Part shown: positions 35,175 to 48,800 of the stretch, piece after piece
Numbering within the stretch: position 1 is the first letter of the stretch
Layout of the letters: each line of letters begins with the position of its first letter
DNA from: Zygnema circumcarinatum SAG 698-1b
Taxonomy: Eukaryota; Plantae; Zygnematophyceae
DNA length: 64,000 nucleotides
Direction of reading: 5' to 3'
NCBI GenBank assembly: GCA_037447605.1
Contig: CM074810.1
Span: 3,196,880 to 3,260,879, forward strand
Program-made: the position numbers and the translations under genes
The notes under the pieces: model-generated
Told to the model about the DNA's origin: nothing
What the model saw: the letters and a program-made list of their open reading frames with translations, nothing else
Databases searched by the model: none

Positions 35175-38100
35175 TCACTCACTCTTCCTGCGGCTTGAAA
35201 TGTGGACTCCTTGCTGAAACAGCCATTGGCGGCACATCTCCTTAACTGGGTTTGTGTCAGCTGCCTGTGAAATAGTCAGAAGATGCAGAANNNNNNNNNN
35301 NNNNNNNNNNNNNNNNNNNNNNNNNNNNNNNNNNNNNNNNNNNNNNNNNNNNNNNNNNNNNNNNNNNNNNNNNNNNNNNNNNNNNNNNNNAATCCGGAAG
35401 CTTTTCCCGCTAATCTTCAGCTCTTCATTTGCCAACATTTTACCGTCGAATTTTTTTAAGAATTTTCAGATTTTCAGGGTCATTGATGATTGAATCTACA
35501 TGTTTTTTCTTTTTCTTTTTATTTTTTGTCATTGTTTTATTTCTTATTCCAGTTTCAGTCTTTCGCTCTCTCCCTCCCTAACTCCCTCTCACCTTTGCGC
35601 GGTCCAAATGGCGGAGAGCTTCCTCGAGCTGAGCGGAGTTAAGGAAGAGCTGTACGGAGGTCAGTCCGCCTGCCACGTGGTCCTTCGCCAGCATCTGCAG
35701 AGGCCGCCCAGATGGGTAGGATGAGAGAGGGAGAGAGAGGGGGGGGAGAGAGGAGGGGAGAGGGAGAGGGGAGAGGGGGGGGAGAGGGAGAGGGGGGAGA
35801 GGGGAGAGGGAGAGGGAGAGGGGGAGATGGGGGAGAGGGGGGAGAGGGGGGAGAGGGGAGAGGGGAGAGGGGAGAGGGAGAGGGGAGAGGGGGAGAGGTA
35901 GAGAGGGGAGAGGGAGAGGGAGAGGGGGGAGAGGGAGAGGGGGGAGAGGGGAGAGGGGAGAGGGAGAGGGGGGAGAGGGGAGAGGGAGAGGGGGGAGAGG
36001 GGAGGGGAGAGGGAAGAGGGGGAGAGAGGGAAAGAGGGGAGAGAGAGAGAGAGAGAGAAAGAGGGGAAGAGAGGGAAAGAGGGGAGAGAGAGAGAGAGAG
36101 AGAAAGAGGGGGGGGAGAGGGAGAGAGGGGGGGGAGAGGGGGGAGAGGGGGGAGAGGGAGAGGGGAAAGGGGAGAGGGAGAGGGGTGAGAGGGGAGAGGG
36201 AGAGGGGAGAGGGAGAGGGGAGAGGGAGAGGGGAGAGGGAGAGGGGAGAGGGGAGAGGGGAGAGGGAGAGGGGGGAGAGGGAGAGGGGGGAGAGGGGAAG
36301 AGGGGAGAGGGGGGAGAGGGGAAGAGGGGAGAGGTGGAGGAGGGGAGAGGGGGAGAGGTGGGGGGGAGATCACGGGAATGAGGAGGAGAGGGAGAGACTG
36401 GCGGCATTTTTTCTCCATTTTTTTAAAGAGATTCCAAGAGGGGAAGAGAGGGGGAGAGAGAGAAAACGAGAGAGAGGAGAACACTGTACAATAAAGAGAA
36501 GGAATTCAGGGAGGGAGAGAGAGGGTGGAAGAGAGACAGAGAGAGAGGAGAGAAGGTAGCGGATATTCCTTCAGAACAATCTAGGATCAAATTGGAGAGT
36601 GAGAGAGAGGGAGAGAGTGAAAGAGAGAAAGAGAGAGGGAGTGAGAGAGACAGGCGCGGGATCGCGGATATCCCTTCAGAACATCCTTGTACGATCAAAC
36701 CAAATCACAAAGCAGAGCATTTGGATCAGAATTTAGACTCGGACTAACGAGTACAGAGACCTCACCGTAGGACTCAAACACTTCAAAGTTAAACCTGAAT
36801 TAAACCACATTCAATCAAATCAAGATTCTGATCTCTCCTCGTCCTTAATCCAAAGTCCTTCACGAGTCTTGATCTCTCTCTCTTGTCATCACTCCGTTTC
36901 AATTTATCCATGTATCGACTTTAGAAAATTGGCTTGCCTGAAAGCGGTAAAGATGGTGAAAGTGGCGATGCCCTTCAAAGTAAGTGCAGATTCGTTGCAG
37001 AGTTGCGAGAGTATGTTGAGCCAATGGTTCTGTACTGCCTCTCAAAGCTGCTTCCAATACCCCCCTTGAAATGATAGCCTGTTCGAGAGTATCCACTTGA
37101 TCATAGGCAACACAAAGGGCACACAAATCATCCAAACTCCCATACTCGCTTGCGAGAGCATCCGGCCTTTGGGGGGAGGAGGTAGGAGTGGCGATAGGGA
37201 AGGAGGTGGGGCCGGGTGGGAGAGGAACGTGATCGGCAGGAAGGAAGAGGAGACAAGCTTCCTTATACCGCCCATGTCGGAAGAGGAAGGGGAGGACCTC
37301 ATGTCTAGCATACTGCAAAGAGAGGTAATAAGTTTAAATTAAGTTAAATCAATTGCACAGAGTAATGCTTTATGGGGTTTAGAATGTTGAGAGAGGCAGA
37401 AAAACAGGCAGGGTTGAGAGCATGATGAGTGGTAAGGGGGGAAACGAGGGTTTTAGGATATTTGGGTTTTATAGGACGTACTTTATAGAGGTAGAAGAGG
37501 CATTCGAGGTAATAAGTTTAAATTAAGTTAAATCAATTGCATAGAGTAATGCTTTATGGGCTTTAGAATGTTGAGAGAGGCAGAAAAACAGGCAGGGTTG
37601 AGTGCATGATGAGTGGTAAGGGGGGAAACGAGGGTTTTAGGGTATTTGGGTTTTATAGGACGTACTTTATAGAGGTAGAAGAGGCATTCTTGATATCGCA
37701 CAGGCTCAAGATGGCTCGTTGGCACCTCGTTCTCTCCCTCTATCCCACGTGCTCCTATTAAGTCTCCCCAATCAAGAGAGTGACGTCTCATTCCCCCTCC
37801 TCTAGGGGGAGCAGGAGGGTAATTAAGGGCATCCAAGTAGGACTCTGGGTTTAGGGCATCCTGATAGGAGTACAATACAGATCGAGCCGTTTGCTTATAC
37901 CTGTTTAGGGAATCAAAACATAAAGTGATGTTACTGTTGTATGTAAGCTTTAGCCACTTTAGGAGATTAAGAAGGGTGGCATTCTAATGCAGAAAAAAGG
38001 GGAAGGAAATTTTACATAGTGTCGGCAGCCCCAACATCCACTGGAAGGGTTGTCTCTAGGGTCTTCATAATGGCTCCAATGACCTCTGTAGGATCACCCC

Positions 38101-39853
38101 AATGCAGCTGCATGGCGTTTCTGCAGAACCCATAACCATCAACATGTCACTATCATAGTCATCATCACCCTTCTCCTGAGTAGTTTTACCCTTCAGCCTG
38201 CTATATGCATCCCACACTGTTTACTAATTGCAATTCATATTTGCATCCTCACATATTATTTATTTTCACCATCTGCTATGGACATTTTTACTCCAGTCTC
38301 TGTCCAATATACCCTGCTATTTTCACCCTATATTTCAACCTTCAACCCTATGACTCCACTTCAGGATCTACGGACATCTCATATACAGAATTCATACTAA
38401 TAAAACACAATGCATCAATTCATCATAGCCTCTAGCCGAACTCATCTGTGCCCTTAGCCGAAAATTCCCATATTTAACATCGTTCTAAATAGTGTTCCAA
38501 TCCTCAGCTATGCACCTCCAGCACATGTTCTCGGTGCTGCACAAGCGAGGAGGGGAGAGAGAACAGCGGAAGTCGAGAGAGAGAGTAAGATAGTGAGCGG
38601 GAGAGAGAGTGAGAGAGAGAGGGAGAGCAAAAACCTGAACTTCAAGCGTGCCTCCTCATACTTCTCCAGCAGCAGTAGAGTCTGTCCCCATGCTATCCAA
38701 AGTGGCACTGCATCGACCTGCACCCATTGACACTTTCTCTCCCGTTCAACTTCCCATCTCTCTCTCATTTTCCTCTCCGTATCGCACTCTCCCACTCCTG
38801 ATTTTCCATTTGATTCTGTTGAATACACAATAAATGCCATACGTACATACCTTACACTTTTCGCAAACCTCCTCCGCGAGCTCATATCTCTCTTCAGCAA
38901 TAAGCCGATCTCTCAGTCTCCCAGCTCCTCCCTCCTCTACCACATCCTCTATAGCCGCTCTCACATTCTTAGAAAACAGAGACTGCAGAAGCTCAACCCG
39001 AGCAAGCCAAGCCTCCACCTCTCCCAGAAGCTCAGCCATCACCTCTGCCCCTCCTGCACTCCCTCCTTCACTTGGGCTCCCTCCCCCCTTGCCCATCTCC
39101 CTCCCTCCCTCCCTCCCTGCCTCTCTCCCTGCCTCTCTCCCTCCTCCCTCCGCTCCTTGCGTTTGCCCCACCAATAGGAGGTTTCCATAGCTAGCAGCAG
39201 GGGAAGGGCCAACACTGGAGGATGGTCCCATATTCCCTCCCAAATAGGCGTTCGGATTAGGGCTCGTCCCTGCACTGTAAAACTGCTCTGCATTCCCTCC
39301 TCTCCCACTACCTCTCCCCTCCTGTGACTCGTATATGACTCCTCTATTCGAGGGTATATGAGCACCTGTAGTGATAAAACTAGCACTATCTCTCTCTCTC
39401 TCTCCCTCTTGCTCCTCTTCTGCTGAACGGATGCTCTCACTCCTTACTTGCTCATCGTCTTCCTGTGGGCCTCTCCCGCTCCGTGGGGTATCAGTCCCAT
39501 TTGTCATCTTCAGCGCTACTCCTCTAACATGTGAGAGAGCCTGCAGGAGAGAGCCCTCCCTTCCTGTCCTATAAGATATTCCGAAAATTGCAGACTTTCT
39601 GTACTTTCATTTTGGCCTTTTCCTCAAGCATTTCTATAGCTGAATCTGTACCAAGAATGGGGAAGAGTGGAGGAATAGAGGGCCTACTTCCACATATGCT
39701 CTCGCTGCATGCAATGCTCGCTCAAGGGCCCACGGCGAGCTCTCATCGCACACTTTATCGGAGGAGAGATTTTGGCGGATTTGATCACTGCAGATTGTGA
39801 GGGCCCCACAAGCTGCAGAGGTTTCATCTGAGCAGAGCCCCATCAGCTCCTGC

Positions 39854-39884
<31 letters not shown>

Positions 39885-42800
39885 CATAACCCACATCTTC
39901 AACCACCTCAAGGTTCCCTCTTTCTTCCTTTCTTTCTTTCTTTCTTTCTTTTTGGCTACTTATTTTCTTCCTTCTTTTATACGCATACATATATATATAT
40001 ACGTATGTGTCTCTATAATATATTTTAGTTTATTTTTTTACCTCACCTTGAATAAAGCCGCACTCGGCACATTCTCATACCGATGTGCAGCTCTCACCCC
40101 CTCATCCTTCACTGAATCCCCTGTCAATATCCACTCTCCCATAGTAAAAGCACTTGCTGATGATCTCCCTGCAGAAAAGGGCTGCCCCTCCTCTTCAGCC
40201 GTCCCTCCTTGAGGGAGAGCCTCTCCTCCCACCCCTCTCATCTGTGGACTCTCCCTCTGCGATCCTTTATTCCATGGAAAAACTCGGCTCGCTTCTTTCT
40301 GAAGTCTGCTTAAGCTTGTGCTGATTGGGTTTGGAAGGCGGCCTGTTAGGGCTTTTGGAGAGGTCGAAATTTGAGGTCCGGAAGAGCGGCGAGACTCATC
40401 TAGGCGAAAAGAATCGAGTCGATATGTATCGAGGCGATATGTATCGAGACGATATGGGTCGGAGGCTAGGGCTTTAGCAGCATACGTCATTATGAGGTCA
40501 TCGTCTCGCAGAACTGGGAATTCATGGAGAAGCTGCAGGAAGGAAAGGAAAGGAAAGGAAAGGAAAGGAAGGAAAGGAAAGGTAAGGAAAGGAAAGGAAA
40601 GGAAGGAAAGGAAAGGAAGGAAAGGAAAGGTAAGGAAAGGAAAGGAAAGGAAAGGAAAGGAAAGGAAAGGAAAGGAAAGGAAAGGAAAGGTAAGGAAAGG
40701 AAAGGAAAGGAAAGGTAAGGAAAGGTAAGGAAAGGAAAGGAAAGGAAAGGAAAGGAAAGGTAAGGAAAGGAAAGGAAAGGAAGGAAAGGAAAGGAAAGGA
40801 AGGAAAGTAAAGAAGGGAAGGAAAGGAAAGGAAAGGAAAGGAAGGGTAAGGAAAGGAAAGGAAAGGAAGGAAAGGAAAGAAGGGAAGGAAAGGAAAGGAA
40901 AGGAAAGGAAAGGAAGGAAAGGAAAGGAAAGGAATGGAAAGGAAAGGAAAGGAAAGGAAAGGAAAGGAAGGAAGGAAAGGAAAAAGGAAGGAAGGAAGGA
41001 AAGAAGGGAAGGAAAGGAAGGGAAAGGAAAGGAACGAAAGGAAAGGAAAGGAAAGGAAAGGAAAGGAAAGGAAAGGAAAGGAAAGGAAAGGAAAGGAAAG
41101 GAAAGAAAAGGAAAGGAAAGGAAAGGAAAGAAAAGGAAAGGGAAGGGAGGGAGTAAGAGAGGGACTGTACGAGGCACTGCATTGCAAAACCGTCGTCGGT
41201 AAATTGACATCATGAGGGAGAGGTAGAGAGGAGGGAAGCGGGAGAGAGCGAGAGAGTTTTAGAGCAACACAGCGAGAGACAAGGTGAAGCGGATTGAGCG
41301 AGAGTCAAAGAGAGAGAGTGTGCTCATGAGCGAGCGAGAAAGGGAGGGAGAGAAAGAGCGAGAGGGAAAGAAAGGGAACGAGAGTGTTAGAGAGAGAGAG
41401 GAAGAGAAATGCCCCCACCTGTTGAGCTGAATGCAGCTGCTTCCACATGAGCAAAGTCTCCAGAATGAGAGAGGGTTGCTCATGCACAGCTGCACAGCGC
41501 TGCTGCCACAACCGAGGCAGCGGACGAAGCATTTGAAGCCCCAAAGAGAGCTGCTTCAACCTCTCCTCCTCCTCCCGGTTCAAATCCGCTCTCCTTCGTC
41601 GTAGCAAAAAACGAACCTACAATGTAAGGGAGCGGGAGAGGGGAGAGAGAGAGAGAGAGAGAGGGAAGCTTGAGAGAGGCTTTACATTTTCTCACTCAAG
41701 AATCTTACCCATCTGCCAAACCGAGCATGTTTTGTTTTGTTTTGTTTTGTTTTGTTTTGTTTTTCGACCCATACATTCACTCACCAGAATCTGCTTCAAA
41801 TGAAGACTTTCGATCTGTTCCATAGCCGCCATAGTGACTGGAAGAGCATCTTCTCCAGACAGGTCCTCTACATAGCGTAGCCCAACTGCTGCTCCTCCTC
41901 CCTTAGTCACCTCTCCCACCATAAGCAGGGCTAAATATCTGCCCTGTAATTCTTGTCTGAGCTCGGGTCGGAGAGAATAGGCTTGTGCTACCTCTACTGC
42001 AGCTGAAACAGCTCCTCTCTCAGCCAATCGGAGGGCTAAACCTTCCGCATCGCTAAGGCAGAATTCCTCCACCTACCAGTTAGAAAAAAGGAGGGGAAAA
42101 AGAATGAGATCAAGATTGATTATGTTATGATTGGATTAATTGATTGCCAAGATTGGTTATGTCTATGTGTTATCAGGAATTGGGTAAGAAATCGAGAAGA
42201 TACCTCCTGCCACGTGTGCAGTTGACTGTCAGCTTCTAGCACTCTCCCACACCTTGCGAGAAGCTCTTTTGCTTCTTGAACCTGAATATCCAGAAAACCA
42301 GTTCTAAAGAACTGTCAGTTTGATAACGTAGCCTTTATAATCCCTAAAACGAAGCAAAAAATGTAGCTTGAAAACATTTCTTAGAGAATTTCCATGGGTT
42401 GGAGTTAGTTTTAGTCTGTTTTAGTGGTATAGACTAGCTGGTCAGGATGCTAACTAAGCAAGTCAAACAAATTTTGGTGAAATCTTCCACCCGTTTTAGA
42501 GTGCCAACTTTCCCAGCTTACACCTCTCACCCACCTGCTTTTTGATCGAATCATCCAACGCCACGTGGCACAGACACATCTGCATCACATCCATTGCAGG
42601 CTCCATATCCCACGAATGGAAATACTTCAAAGCAAGTTTCGACGCAACTTCCTTATCCCGTAGACGAATGCAGAACTGCCAGCTGTCCGTTGTGCGGCTA
42701 CCTCTCTTGTACTCTCCTACTGTCTCTCTCTCTCTCTTCTTCCTTGCTCCTCCATACCCCTCCCTCTCTTCCATAAGTAGCTGCAGCAGTTTGTCAGGGG

Positions 42801-45800
42801 CCCCATCTGGGAGCCATTTGTCTGCGAGAGAGAGGGCCTCTCCCAACTTTCCCTCTTCTATGAAGCTGCATCCCATGTTGGAGAACACCCACAAAGAGAA
42901 GTCAGCTTCGTTTTCGACCATCATACAGTCCTACATATCATTACTTTTGGTTAGGATTAGGGTAATTAGGGGTCAGGGCACAATGAAGGAGACAGTTATG
43001 CTACAATGCATGTCAGAAAGGAGCTGCTCACCTCTCCATAGCTTCTATGTATGGACCTTGGCTCTCCCAGTCTGATAGCAGTGAGTCCAAACTCTCCGCA
43101 TTCCTCCCCACTCCCTCCCCCCCTCCTTCACTCCCTCCTCTCCCTTCCCCCCAGAAGGGTCTCCCACTTTCGGACTGGTGACGATGGCGAGTATGATCGG
43201 TCTCTACGCTCACATTACTCTCCCCATCCTGCCCACAGTGAGAGAGAGCAACATTGTATTAAAAAAAACATCCACATGAAGGTCAGGAATAATCGAATCA
43301 ACCGAAAAAAACCCGACCCACAAAGTAATACTGTCTGAACCTCCTGTGAACGACTGAAGTGAAAATATAAACCATACTTGACTTTTTAAAGTCAACGGAT
43401 TATCATCATGATTATGTGGAAGCAGCCCATTACCAGAGGTCTCAATCTCTTCACCCGTTGCGGTCTCTTGCCAGGTGGCATTGTCCCATCAGCACTCGAC
43501 CTCCGAGATGCAGCAGGCGAATCAGCGACTTTCCGAATATTTGTCTGCAATTGAATCCAACGATGCAAAGCAGGATATCTGCACTCCCCATCTAGAGGCA
43601 CATATCAGAATTGGACAAACTTACATATACTCTCAAGAAAGAATCCTATCATCCCTCAACTTGGGAGTACCTACTGCAACCTGATAGCTGGAGATGTGAA
43701 GGAGAGTAGGAATGAGGAGGCAGGAATGAGGAGGAGAGAGGAGGGAGGAGGATGTCAGTGGGGGGCAAAAGGGGTGGAAGGAGGAAGGATTACAGTGGAG
43801 GAAGGAGCATGACGGGGGGGAGGGGGCCACAAGGGGTGGAAGGAGGAGGGAGGAGGGAGGAGGGAGGAGGGAGGATGACAGAGGGAGAGCAAAAGAGTTG
43901 GAAGGAGGAAGGAGGAAGGAGAACATCGGAGGGAGGAGAATGACATAGGGGCCCAAAAAGCGTGGAAGGAGGAAAGAGCCAAGATGGAAGCGGGAGGGGA
44001 GGGAGAGGAAAGAGAGTGGAGAGAGGAGGGAGGGAGACCTACGCGAGAGAGTGCTCCAAAGCGAAATCATGAAACTTCCGATCTGCATCTGCTGCCTGCA
44101 CTCTCGCCATAGCTTCATGTCCGTCCTCTTTCTGTTGTCCCACAGATGTGGAATCTCCCTGAGGAGATGTAAACCTGCTTGATCCAAAAATGCATGCCAA
44201 AATAGCTCTAACAGGCGAAGTTTCATGGAGATGTTTAACCACATCCAACTGCAGTGGATATAAATTCCTCCCTCCTGAGCTATTACTGCTTCCTCCTCCT
44301 CCTCCTCCTCCTACTCCTCCTCCCCCTCCCCCTCCTCCAGGTAGTCTCTTCTCGGAGGGAGAAGCCATGGTTGGTCGTTGAATTCGAGCCCATCCTCTCG
44401 AGTTTTTTGGGGGGTAGACAGGTGGAACACATGCAGTGATGACTTGGTGTACAAGGTCTGCTCCCATTATGGAAGCAACTTTGCTAGCAGCATCTGCACT
44501 GCCTCTTTCGAAGACCAGTCTTGTCAAAAGCTGCACAGATATCAAACCAGAGGTGACCATTTACATGCATTAGCAATAGAAAGGTCAGTTTTTGAGAGAA
44601 GGGTTCAATACCAGCAAGCATCTGCTTCTCTCTCTTCCACTCCCCTTTCATTATCATTTTCTTTTCCCCTGCCTCTCCTTCGCCCGCTCTTATATGCAAT
44701 TATATCCTATATCCATGCAGCACTGCAGCGAGTGCTGCTTCAATAGGGAGTTCAACACTCAACAATTGAATCCATCCTATCAGTGTCTGGGATTCAGTTT
44801 TATCTTCCAAAAAGCATATATAAACTTCCTAATTTCTACAACGAAATTTGCACAGGAAAGGCAGCATTGCAAGGGCTTACATCGTTCGGTCGCTCGTATA
44901 TAAGGGAAAAGAAGTTGAACATGTGAGTGGTTTCAATATCGTCCACGATCTCCCCAATAGTTGCCACATAATGAATGAATGCTGGCAGATACCCCTTAGC
45001 CTTCACTATAGCTACTCCCGGAACTATCTGACTTAGTGGGCTCGAAGGATAGGGAGAACTCAGACCTGTGGGAGAGGTAGGCTTAGATACTCCTCTACTA
45101 CTGGGAGGAGTCCAAGATGAGACTTCCCTGGATGATGTTGACGATACAGGAGTGGGAGGAGATGTGGGAGAGGGTAGGAAGGGTTGCAAGCCTATATTAG
45201 GGCCAAGACTGAACCGTAGGTGGCTAGCAAAGCGAGTTTCTCCCCCTTTAAGAGCATGCATAGCAGCTGCTAAGTGGGGCTCTGATGGGTTTTCTTCGGG
45301 GGATGCAAGTGCTTTCACCAAATTGTGAAGCTTAGCTGCACCATTCAAGCCAATTCCCACTTCCCTAACAATGAAATAAGACAAATAAATAATAAAAGGA
45401 AAGCAAAAGAAGGTAGGTGAAGTAAAGGAAGGAAGGAAAGGAAAGGAAAATGGAAAAGGTTGCCGAGAAAAAACCCAAGTAGAAGAAAAGGGCGTTTTAC
45501 CTGAAAGAAAGTGGCGTTTTCCTTCATAGCATTCTTCAATGGTTTGCTGCAGCTGCATGATGGCACGAGGTGTCGGTGCAGCACGTGAGATTTCACTACC
45601 TGCTGCAGAGGGGTCGAAATCTGTCAGCAGCGCATGTAGCGGCTTAGAGCGATCCTGCAGCAACAAACCCTCATTTCTTCGTTACAAATCAACCCCAATT
45701 AAGGTAAGGTAAGGATAAGGTAATGTAACATACAAAGAGTAATTGACAGCATGTTTTTATCTTCACAAGGACAATCTCTTCTGTCGTCAATCCTTTCACT

Positions 45801-48800
45801 GATCCAAGAAGAAATGTGGGGATATGTGGGCTTATATTATATACTTGGGCTTGAATCTCTTGCAGTCTTTGAAGAAGTTTCTTTGCAATTCCAACCATTG
45901 CAGACTCTTGGCGGGGGTCTCTGTTTGCTTGCGTTGACTGGGGTTGACCGCCCACCTCGCACTGAGGTATGAGTGACTGAGCCTGCAGAGCCCCTCCATA
46001 AGCGAGAATTGAGGAAATGCAGAAGAAGTTTGTGAAAGATAAAGAAAGCATCAAAACATGGAGTGGAAAAAAATACGGGCTCAAAATGGAGAGTGGTTCC
46101 AAAATCGATAACAAAAGGATCATCACAACAGTAATCAAACTCGCTCGTCTAAGAGGTAAGCAATTGGGTTTTTTCTTTTCTTTTCTTTTCTTTTCTTTTA
46201 ATGGTTTATAGGTCACAAGGATACAAAGCTCAGGCAATGCAATCCAGTTTCTCGATCACTGAACATCAGTAGCAGAACTGGCATGAACTGGTTAAGGCTC
46301 ATCATAGCTCTGTTCCAAAACCTTTCTTTCAATCCTCCAACTACACAGAAAGGGTCGTCTAAAAATGACATGAAGGCAAGGATAACAAATTTACAGAGAC
46401 ATCAATGACATGAATGTTGGCCTCAGAAAGAATAAACTTGCTAAACTGTTAAGGCATCCTAGATTTTAGAAAAGGCACTCTTCTTTTGGTGAATTTTACT
46501 GTCCGTACAATTCCATTATTAAGCTGACAGAAGTCTGATTTGCATCATCCATAGCTGCTTGTGATGTCGCACACACAGCAGTTCTTCTTGCTCAACCACA
46601 CTAATTGGTAACCTTAGAATCAACATGGAGTTTTCTATCACAACTAAGCCAAACAAGGAGATATCAAGCAGGAAGCGATAATTAAGGAAGCACGCTTAAA
46701 TTTGTTAAGATTAAAAGGCTGTCTAACTTCCACAAGAGCTTTCTTTTGAAAAAAATAATGCACATGAATTCTTTTCATGAAGTAGACATGAGATTTATGT
46801 TTTTCTCTTCTATAGCTGCTTATAATGCCGAAGGACCATAGATTTTTGAGATATGAATGATGGGGGGTGGAGAGGGACAAAGGGACAAAGGGAGGGAGAG
46901 AGAGAGAGCGAGAGAGAGGGAGAGAGAGAGAGAGAGAGAGAGGGAGAGGGGCACTTGCTCCAGCAGGCGGGAAGCAGTCAGTGCCGAACGCGCAGACGCA
47001 GTTGCCACATCCAAACAAAGCATTACCTGAAAATACGTAAAAAGAGAAGGGGGGAAAGAATCATTAACTCAACAACTTCATGTTAGTTTCCTCCACTCAA
47101 TTGGAGTGGATTGAAGTGAAAAAAGAGATCAGAATGAGACTTGTGGGTTTTATAACTCCATCACGACGATCCCCTCTAGTAAAACCAACCTTGTCATCTT
47201 CGCAAACAAGGCATCTTACAAGGTCCAATCTCTACTTTGGGATTGATGAGAGTTCGACCTTATGCTATATTTAGCAGGGAGCACTTGAGTATGGAGGGAA
47301 GGAAACTTAGTGAGATATCTTGTGAAGCAGATAGGAGGGTGAGAGAGGATGCTCACACTAGCAAAAGGAGAGAGGCGCGCATGCAGAGCTGCAAAGTCGA
47401 GAGACTCCTCCCCTTTAGCAACACGTGATATTGTTCCATCCATCTAACAGTTGCCATACAACATTCACATTCACAATATAGGATGTAAGAAAAGGTGAAA
47501 ACGTAGAAGGGGTTGTTCCATGCATGCAAAGACGTTAGAAGCTTCAAATCGAGAAAAGATATAAACCCATTTTGGGCTCCTGTTTCGAAATATACACTTC
47601 GTGACTTACTTACATTGAAGAGATTAAGTTGTGTATCTCAGATACTATAAATGCGTTTCATGTAGAGTTATGTTGATCTCATGACCATGATGTAAGTTAT
47701 AATTATACGATACTCCCACAGCTCAATGCATGCCAAAAAGGCAGCAATGTGGTCAACTGTAAGGAACAAAGTATGGTGCTTTTTCTTACTGAGGCTTGAG
47801 CAACTGCTCCATCCACCCATTCAGCCAATTGGAGACTTGCAGCTTCTTCAGGGGGCAATGCAAACCTATGCACTGCCTCCTCCCCCAATGCATACTCCGC
47901 TCTCTGCACACACCTGCCAAAATTTCCACCGTTTGCCCCGACTCCATTAACACATATCACAACACATATCAGTAACATATCATATCATTAACACATACAT
48001 ATTAACACACATCTCAAGAGCCTCATGAATCTTTTCATGTTTCCTGCCACCGGAGTGCCCATACATATCTCGCAGCTTGACCTCATGCCTCACATAAGAG
48101 CTAAAAAGACTTTTCCTTGTCCATTTTTCATCACTCTCTTTGACCCAACGGCAGAAAAAAGGGGACCACAAAATTTCTCATTTCTCCTTCCCGAAAAAAA
48201 TGAAAAAACCCAAAAACAAAATAGAATAATTTCAGGAAATCCCACATGTTGAGAAGAGTCGATGGGGCTGCTCTCAATACTGCGAGAGCTTCATGCCATT
48301 GCCAAACTCGAACAGGTCCGGCAGAAGCCATTCTTTGCAAAGCAGCCAACCGCCAATCCCATTCATCCAAAAATTTCCAAAGTTTTTGGGCTTTCTCCTT
48401 CCATGCCGGCTTCCCCACTCTCTCCGGCTCTAATCCAGTCAGCTCTCCCCATACACTCCCTCCTCCCATATTGAAGGGGCTACTATTACTACCATGACCC
48501 ATCATAGCTCCCTCGATTTCTTCTCCTAAAGGAGGCATGTGGGTTCGAAGCAGAGTTAATATTGCACTGATAAACTCTACAGCCGGACCGGAATCTTCTG
48601 GTGGAGTTGCTGTTTCAAAATGGGAGAGAGGGCTGTCATAGGGGCTCAAGCCTTGAGGACTGGAGGGGGGCATAGAACGGGAGAATTCTTTGCTATTTGA
48701 GGGTCCCGAATTTGACCAAGTGGTGGCATCAATATGCAAAACATCGACAACGAATCCGATCATCCAAAGCTGCATGGGGGGAAAAGCAACAGCAAACAGA

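Noticed and set aside
35500-35724. + strand [21 protein letters not shown]...
   Set aside because: Antisense shadow of the ZFYVE26 exon 35694-35593, which matches the conserved KDHVAGG block.
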